Shown here: piece after piece, positions 37,335 to 41,819 of the stretch
Layout of the letters: every line of letters starts with the position of its first letter
How positions within the stretch are numbered: position 1 is the first letter of the stretch
Assembly: GCA_964657775.1 (NCBI GenBank)
Contig: CAZZWT010000001.1
Location: 7,453 to 49,271 of the forward strand
Direction of reading: 5' to 3'
From: an uncultured Candidatus Methylacidiphilales bacterium
GTDB taxonomy: Bacteria > Verrucomicrobiota > Verrucomicrobiia > Methylacidiphilales > UBA1321
DNA length: 41,819 nucleotides
Translations under genes and position numbers: made by a program
The notes under the pieces: model-generated
What the model was told of the DNA's origin: nothing
Databases searched by the model: none
The model's input: only the letters and a program-made list of their open reading frames with translations

Positions 37335-38078
37335 ATGTCCCTCCTCATCAACAAAGACGGCAAGCAGCTCGGGCCTTTCAGCCTTGCGGAGGCGCAGGGC
37401 CTCGTGCGCGCGGGTAGCCTTTCGCCCACCGATTGGGCGTGGCCGGATGGCGCCAACGATTGGATTTTGCTCAAGGATGTGCCCGGCTTCACCCTCGCGG
37501 CCAAGCCCGCGCCGCCCGCCGCCGCCATCGCCGGGGCCACCGGAGCCGGATCGGCCACGCCATCATCCGGCACGCTGCCCGCCGAGCAGGAAATCTGGAG
37601 CGGCCACCCCTCGCAAATCCTCAACCTCAGCCTCTACCTTTTCTGGGGCGCGATCGTCCTGCTCGTGGCGATTCTCGCTTTCTTCTTTGTCACCGATGTC
37701 ACCAGCCCCGCGTTTTGGATTTCCGTCATTGTCGGGACCGTCGCGCTGGTTGCGGCGGTCAACATCGGCATCGCCTACTTCCATCTCAAGACGCTGCACT
37801 ACACCGTCTCCACCCAGCGTGTCCGTGTCGTCTCCGGCATTTTCAGCAAAGAGATCCAGGAGATCGAACTCTTCCGCGTGAAGGATACCTCGGCGAACCA
37901 ATCGTTTTTCCTGCGCCTGTTCGGGCTCGGCACCATCACGATCCTCAGCGGCGACGAAAAGCAGCCGCGCCTCGTCCTTTCCGGCGTGCCCGGCGCGATC
38001 GAGCTGCGCGAGCGCATCCGCACGGAGGTCATGAATCTCCGGCAACGTTTCGGTGTCCGCGAAGTCGATGTCATGTAG
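37335..38078 (+). CDS. GYF_2 (DUF4339) + bacterial PH domain membrane protein
   Basis: KDGKQLGPFS...WAWPDGANDW; two TMs; YTVSTQRV...GIFSK...IELFRVKD...RLFGLGTI. Confidence 0.87.
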   Translation: MSLLINKDGKQLGPFSLAEAQGLVRAGSLSPTDWAWPDGANDWILLKDVPGFTLAAKPAPPAAAIAGATGAGSATPSSGTLPAEQEIWSGHPSQILNLSLYLFWGAIVLLVAILAFFFVTDVTSPAFWISVIVGTVALVAAVNIGIAYFHLKTLHYTVSTQRVRVVSGIFSKEIQEIELFRVKDTSANQSFFLRLFGLGTITILSGDEKQPRLVLSGVPGAIELRERIRTEVMNLRQRFGVREVDVM

Positions 38079-38127
38079 AGGCGCGGATCGGCAAGACTTT
38101 TGTGGGCACCTTTGCTACGGTCGCCTG

Positions 38128-40227
38128 ATGTGGCGCTTTTCCCGGTCTCTTCTCGTTTCTTTAACTGCGACCATGCTGGTTGCTTGCCAGCCCCCGGCCC
38201 AGCCGCCGGTCTCGGTCTCATCCGCTCCTCCCGCCTTGGTCCCCATCCAGATTCCCAAGGTCGCCGCCTCGGCAGGGGATTGGACGGCGCAGGCGCTCCA
38301 AGTCCGGTTCCTCACCCCGGTGGGAGCGCAGGTCGTGGCCAAGGCGCAACTGGCGGTGGCGTGGACGCCGGATGCCCTCCTGCTTCAGGTGCACACGGAC
38401 GATGCCACGCCTGAAGCTTCATCGGTTAATCCCTGGGAGAACGATTCCGTGGAAGTTTTTCTGGCCTCCTCTCCCGGCGCCGCAGATCACTTGCAACTGG
38501 TCTGCACGCCCGGCCGCACCGCCGACCATTCCTCGCCGACGTGGACGATCGTCGGCAAAAACTCGACCGATCCTTCCGTCATCGCGCCGAAAGTGGAGGC
38601 GCAAAAAGAGGGCAGCGGTTACCGCCTCACCCTTACTCTCCCGTGGGCGAACCTGAAGCATGTTCCGCAGCCGGGCGAGGTGATTGGTCTTCAGGTCAAC
38701 GTCAACGACGCGCAGGGCGACGGCAAAATCGCCCATCGCCTCTGGTATCCGCAATCCGGCACCTATGCGGATTGGACGCTGGTTCAACCTGTGCGATTGG
38801 CCGCCCAGGCGAGTGAAGCCCAGGAAGCGGCCGCGTGGAGCGAGACGAAGGGAATCGGCGAGACGCTGCATCTTTCCGCGCCGGCCGAGGAGGTGGGCAA
38901 GCCAGCGGAGCTCTGGCTGGGCGCGCAGAAAGTGGGATCCATTCTGCTGACGGCAGGCGGCCCGGATGGCGCGACAGGATCCATCGCCTTGCCGATGGAA
39001 ATCACCGCGCGAAAAGGGGAACAACTGATCGTCACTCTGGAGGGCCATCCGTTGGCGGGCGGGGTCGTGCTGCCCGATCTGATGGGGCAATGGAACGAGC
39101 GACTTCGCGCCCTGCCCCTGGCCGCCCACAACGCGATCTTTGATGGCGCGACTTTTCCGACGATCGATTTCGCCAACAAGGAAGTGATCGAAGCGGCGAT
39201 TGGGGAGTACTCCCTGCACACCCGGTTCTTCGACGCGACTTGGAATGAAGTCACCGCCCCCGCCGCTCCGGGCCGCTATGGCGCGATCGTCGAATTCCAC
39301 GGGCCGGCCGGGCTCAGCTTCCAGCGCGATTTGACGCTGTTCAAGACGGCCAAGCCCTATGCATCGAGAAGCGATCCCTATCGCGGCACCCTCCAATTTC
39401 CCGCTGCCTTCGGCCTGCCGGCCGACCTTGCGGCGAAGGAAGCGTGGAACAGCAGCTACATGCTCAACGATGCCCTTTCGGGCCAGGCCCAGCAGGACGA
39501 TGAAGAAGCTGTCCTCGCGGCCGGGATGCAGGACTTGGCCACGGACCCGGCGCGCTGGCACGGCTTCTACATCTGGGCGAGTGGGGACGCGTGGTGGGCG
39601 GAGTTGCACAAGCGGCTGGGCGAAAATCAAGACTACGCACACCTGATTTATCTGCCCGATGGCTACGATAAGGACCAGCGCCCCTGGCCGCTCATCCTGT
39701 TTCTTCACGGCTCGGGCGAACGCGGGACCGACCCCTCCATCCTCGAGAACTGGGGGCCGCGCGGGTACATCCACCAGGGGCATCCGCTTCCGTTCATCGT
39801 CGTCTCGCCCCAATGTCCTCCGCACGAGTGGTGGAATCCGGCCCGGTTGGCCCGTTTGCTCGATCAACTCTCGGCGACCTACCGGGTCGATCCCAAACGG
39901 ATTTATGTCACGGGGCTGAGCATGGGCGGCTATGGCTCCTTCGATCTGGCCGCGACGTATCCGGAGCGAATCGCCGCCATCGCCCCGCTTTCCGGCGGCG
40001 AAAATCCGGCGCTGGCGGAGCGGCTCAAGCACATGCCCGCCTGGATTTTTCACGGCGCCACGGATGACGTTGTTCCGACCCGGTACAGCGTCGACCTGGC
40101 CCAGGCCATGGAGCAGGCCGGGGCGCCGGTGAAGCTTACGATTTACCCGGGAGTCGGCCACGGAGGGTGGGACGTGACCTACAACAATCCTCGCCTTTAC
40201 GAATGGTTTCTTCAGAATACCAGGTAG
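38128..40227 (+). CDS. Lipoprotein with CBM9-like N-terminal domain and C-terminal alpha/beta hydrolase (esterase/peptidase)
   Basis: Lipobox LVAC; WENDSVEVF...LPW...IGLQVNVND; PLILFLHGSGERG, GLSMGG, FHGATDDVV, GVGH. Confidence 0.85.
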   Translation: MWRFSRSLLVSLTATMLVACQPPAQPPVSVSSAPPALVPIQIPKVAASAGDWTAQALQVRFLTPVGAQVVAKAQLAVAWTPDALLLQVHTDDATPEASSVNPWENDSVEVFLASSPGAADHLQLVCTPGRTADHSSPTWTIVGKNSTDPSVIAPKVEAQKEGSGYRLTLTLPWANLKHVPQPGEVIGLQVNVNDAQGDGKIAHRLWYPQSGTYADWTLVQPVRLAAQASEAQEAAAWSETKGIGETLHLSAPAEEVGKPAELWLGAQKVGSILLTAGGPDGATGSIALPMEITARKGEQLIVTLEGHPLAGGVVLPDLMGQWNERLRALPLAAHNAIFDGATFPTIDFANKEVIEAAIGEYSLHTRFFDATWNEVTAPAAPGRYGAIVEFHGPAGLSFQRDLTLFKTAKPYASRSDPYRGTLQFPAAFGLPADLAAKEAWNSSYMLNDALSGQAQQDDEEAVLAAGMQDLATDPARWHGFYIWASGDAWWAELHKRLGENQDYAHLIYLPDGYDKDQRPWPLILFLHGSGERGTDPSILENWGPRGYIHQGHPLPFIVVSPQCPPHEWWNPARLARLLDQLSATYRVDPKRIYVTGLSMGGYGSFDLAATYPERIAAIAPLSGGENPALAERLKHMPAWIFHGATDDVVPTRYSVDLAQAMEQAGAPVKLTIYPGVGHGGWDVTYNNPRLYEWFLQNTR

Positions 40228-40248
40228 TTGTTCATTCCAGTTGCCATC

Positions 40249-41496
40249 ATGCGCCGTTTGAAAATTGCCTTGCTCTCCCGCCGTTACTGGGAGGAAAACC
40301 ACTACGGTGACGAGGAAGGCGGCGCCACGCAGCAACTGGCCGAGTGCGTCGCGGCCATGGGACACGAGGTCATCGTGCTCAGCCAAAGCCCCGAGGTGCG
40401 CAAGCTGAAGAAGATTTCCATCGGCCATCTGGAGACATGGGTTTCGCCGCTCGGCAAATCGCGCAATGTGGTGCTGGCCGTGCGCGACCGCCTGGCGCGG
40501 AAAAAATATTTCCAAAACACGGCCATGTCCGATGTCTTGGCGCTGCGCGATTTCTTGGCCAAGCGCGGGCCCTTCGATGTCATCTGGGCGCACGCGGAAA
40601 CGCCGGACGGCCTCACCGTTGCGCTGGCCGCGCGGCAGAAAATTAAAGTGCCGCCGATGCTGGTGCAGATTCAGCATCTGCCCACGCGCTATCTCAAAGG
40701 CGCGCCCGTTTTCATTGAGAAATTGCCGCTCGATCTCGCCTTCCGGCAGGCGTCGCGCATTTTGGCCACCTCGGAGCTGGTCGTCACCGCGCTGCCGAAG
40801 TTCGCGACCCCGGGCCACTCGGCGGAGGACCTGCGCGCGAAGGTGCGCGTGGTTTACCCGAACATTCAGCGCGCGTTCATGCGCTCCGCCCTGGAGTCAC
40901 CCGATGTGCCGGCGCCGATGAAGGACCGCATTCTATTCCTCGGCTCGCTGAACCAGCACAAGGGCGCGCTCGTCTTCCTGCGTGCGCTGGCCAAGACCGA
41001 GGCGGCGCTGCGCAACGCCATCTTCGCGGTGGCGGGCGATTTCACGGAGGACAACCGGCGCTTCGTTGAGTTGTGGGAGCAGACCAAGGAACAGACGCGC
41101 ATCAACCTGCCTGGCGCGCGGATGGAATATCTCGGCCATGTCAGCACGGAGGAAGTCATCCGGCAGATCAAGCTTTCCTGCGGCGTGGTGATTCCGTACC
41201 GCTTCGACGCCTTTGCCCGCGGCCTGGTCGAGGCGCTCATCCTCGGCCGGCCCGTCATCACCACGGACCAGGTCGGCGCGTCGAGCATCGTCAACCAGCA
41301 CCAATGCGGCATCGTCGTCCCGCCGAACGATCCCGACGCGTTGGCCAAAGCGATCGACACCATCCTGAATCCCGTGATGCCCTTCACGGAACACGCCAAG
41401 GCCGTCGGCGATAGCCTTGCGCACGAACTTTCCCCCGAGGCGATCGCGCCCTACATTTCCTACCACCTCACCCGCATCGCGACGCCGGAGAGCTGA
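40249..41496 (+). CDS. Glycosyltransferase family 4
   Basis: GHEVIVL, ILFLGSLNQHKG, FDAFARGLVEALILGRPVITT, GIVVPPND. Confidence 0.9.
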   Translation: MRRLKIALLSRRYWEENHYGDEEGGATQQLAECVAAMGHEVIVLSQSPEVRKLKKISIGHLETWVSPLGKSRNVVLAVRDRLARKKYFQNTAMSDVLALRDFLAKRGPFDVIWAHAETPDGLTVALAARQKIKVPPMLVQIQHLPTRYLKGAPVFIEKLPLDLAFRQASRILATSELVVTALPKFATPGHSAEDLRAKVRVVYPNIQRAFMRSALESPDVPAPMKDRILFLGSLNQHKGALVFLRALAKTEAALRNAIFAVAGDFTEDNRRFVELWEQTKEQTRINLPGARMEYLGHVSTEEVIRQIKLSCGVVIPYRFDAFARGLVEALILGRPVITTDQVGASSIVNQHQCGIVVPPNDPDALAKAIDTILNPVMPFTEHAKAVGDSLAHELSPEAIAPYISYHLTRIATPES

Positions 41497-41819
41497 AAAT
41501 TTGACGGAATAACGGAATGAATGGAATTTGGGAGGCAGGGATAGGCAGTTAGATAATGATTGTAATGATGATAAGGATGGGGAAATCCTCTGCGTTCTCC
41601 TTCAGTCCATCCTCCCAATCCTGAAAATCATTATAATCAAACTATCCCGCATCGCCGCGCCGGAAGCTTAGTAGAAATTTGACGGAATAACGGAATGAAC
41701 GGAATTTGGGAGGCAGGGAAGGCAGTTAGATAATGATTGTAATGATGATAAGGATGGGGAAATCCTCTGCATTCTCCTTCAGTCCATCCTCCCAATCCTA
41801 ATAATCATTATAATCATTA
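41471..41819. repeat. Tandem duplication (period about 175-178 bp) with internal inverted repeats
   Basis: AAATTTGACGGAATAACGGAATGAA at 41497 and 41675; CCCGCATCGC at 41471 and 41646; near-identical AT-rich bodies. Confidence 0.92.

Noticed and set aside
40225-40248. Amber readthrough fusing the hydrolase and the GT4 (same frame across TAG)
   Set aside because: Same-frame adjacency arises by chance one time in three; an exported lipoprotein fused to a cytoplasmic-type GT4 is implausible; no recoding signal seen
38419-40818. 799-aa minus-strand ORF
   Set aside because: Antisense shadow of two well-supported genes in high-GC DNA; no motifs
41497-41819. CRISPR array
   Set aside because: Repeat bodies are about 143 bp, only two copies, the intervening sequence resembles the adjacent gene tail, and no cas genes are present
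1-41819. Prophage, IS element, integrase, tRNA or rRNA genes
   Set aside because: No recognisable structural, transposase or recombinase motifs and no RNA-gene signatures seen

Overview
A GC-rich bacterial chromosomal window of about 50 genes. Verrucomicrobiota origin is an inference from gene content such as the SHD1-like exported protein, GYF_2-bPH_2 fusion and DUF2339-like protein. It looks origin-proximal: it contains mnmG with a perfect parS palindrome inside its coding sequence and dnaN preceded by degenerate DnaA-box-like 9-mers, but no dnaA, recF, gyrB, rsmG or parAB. Other content: an ECF sigma/anti-sigma/HtrA-like operon whose HtrA lacks all three catalytic residues, a degenerate M50 protease, four toxin-antitoxin-like pairs, a sigma54 response regulator plus HDOD protein, an orphan Flp pilin, envelope and glycan genes, and small stress-type membrane proteins. 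The best candidate for an undescribed system lies directly after dnaN: an ATP-grasp ligase, a PanD paralog with an altered substrate-binding motif, and a convergent PLP-fold enzyme. Non-coding signals include five sigma54-like -24/-12 motifs (three at identical spacing to the ATG), many -10 boxes just before start codons (leaderless architecture), GTAG-type REP/REPIN elements, 9-bp periodic repeats and a terminal tandem duplication that carries a diverged copy of the last gene's 3' end. All calls are from visual motif recognition; no database searches were run.
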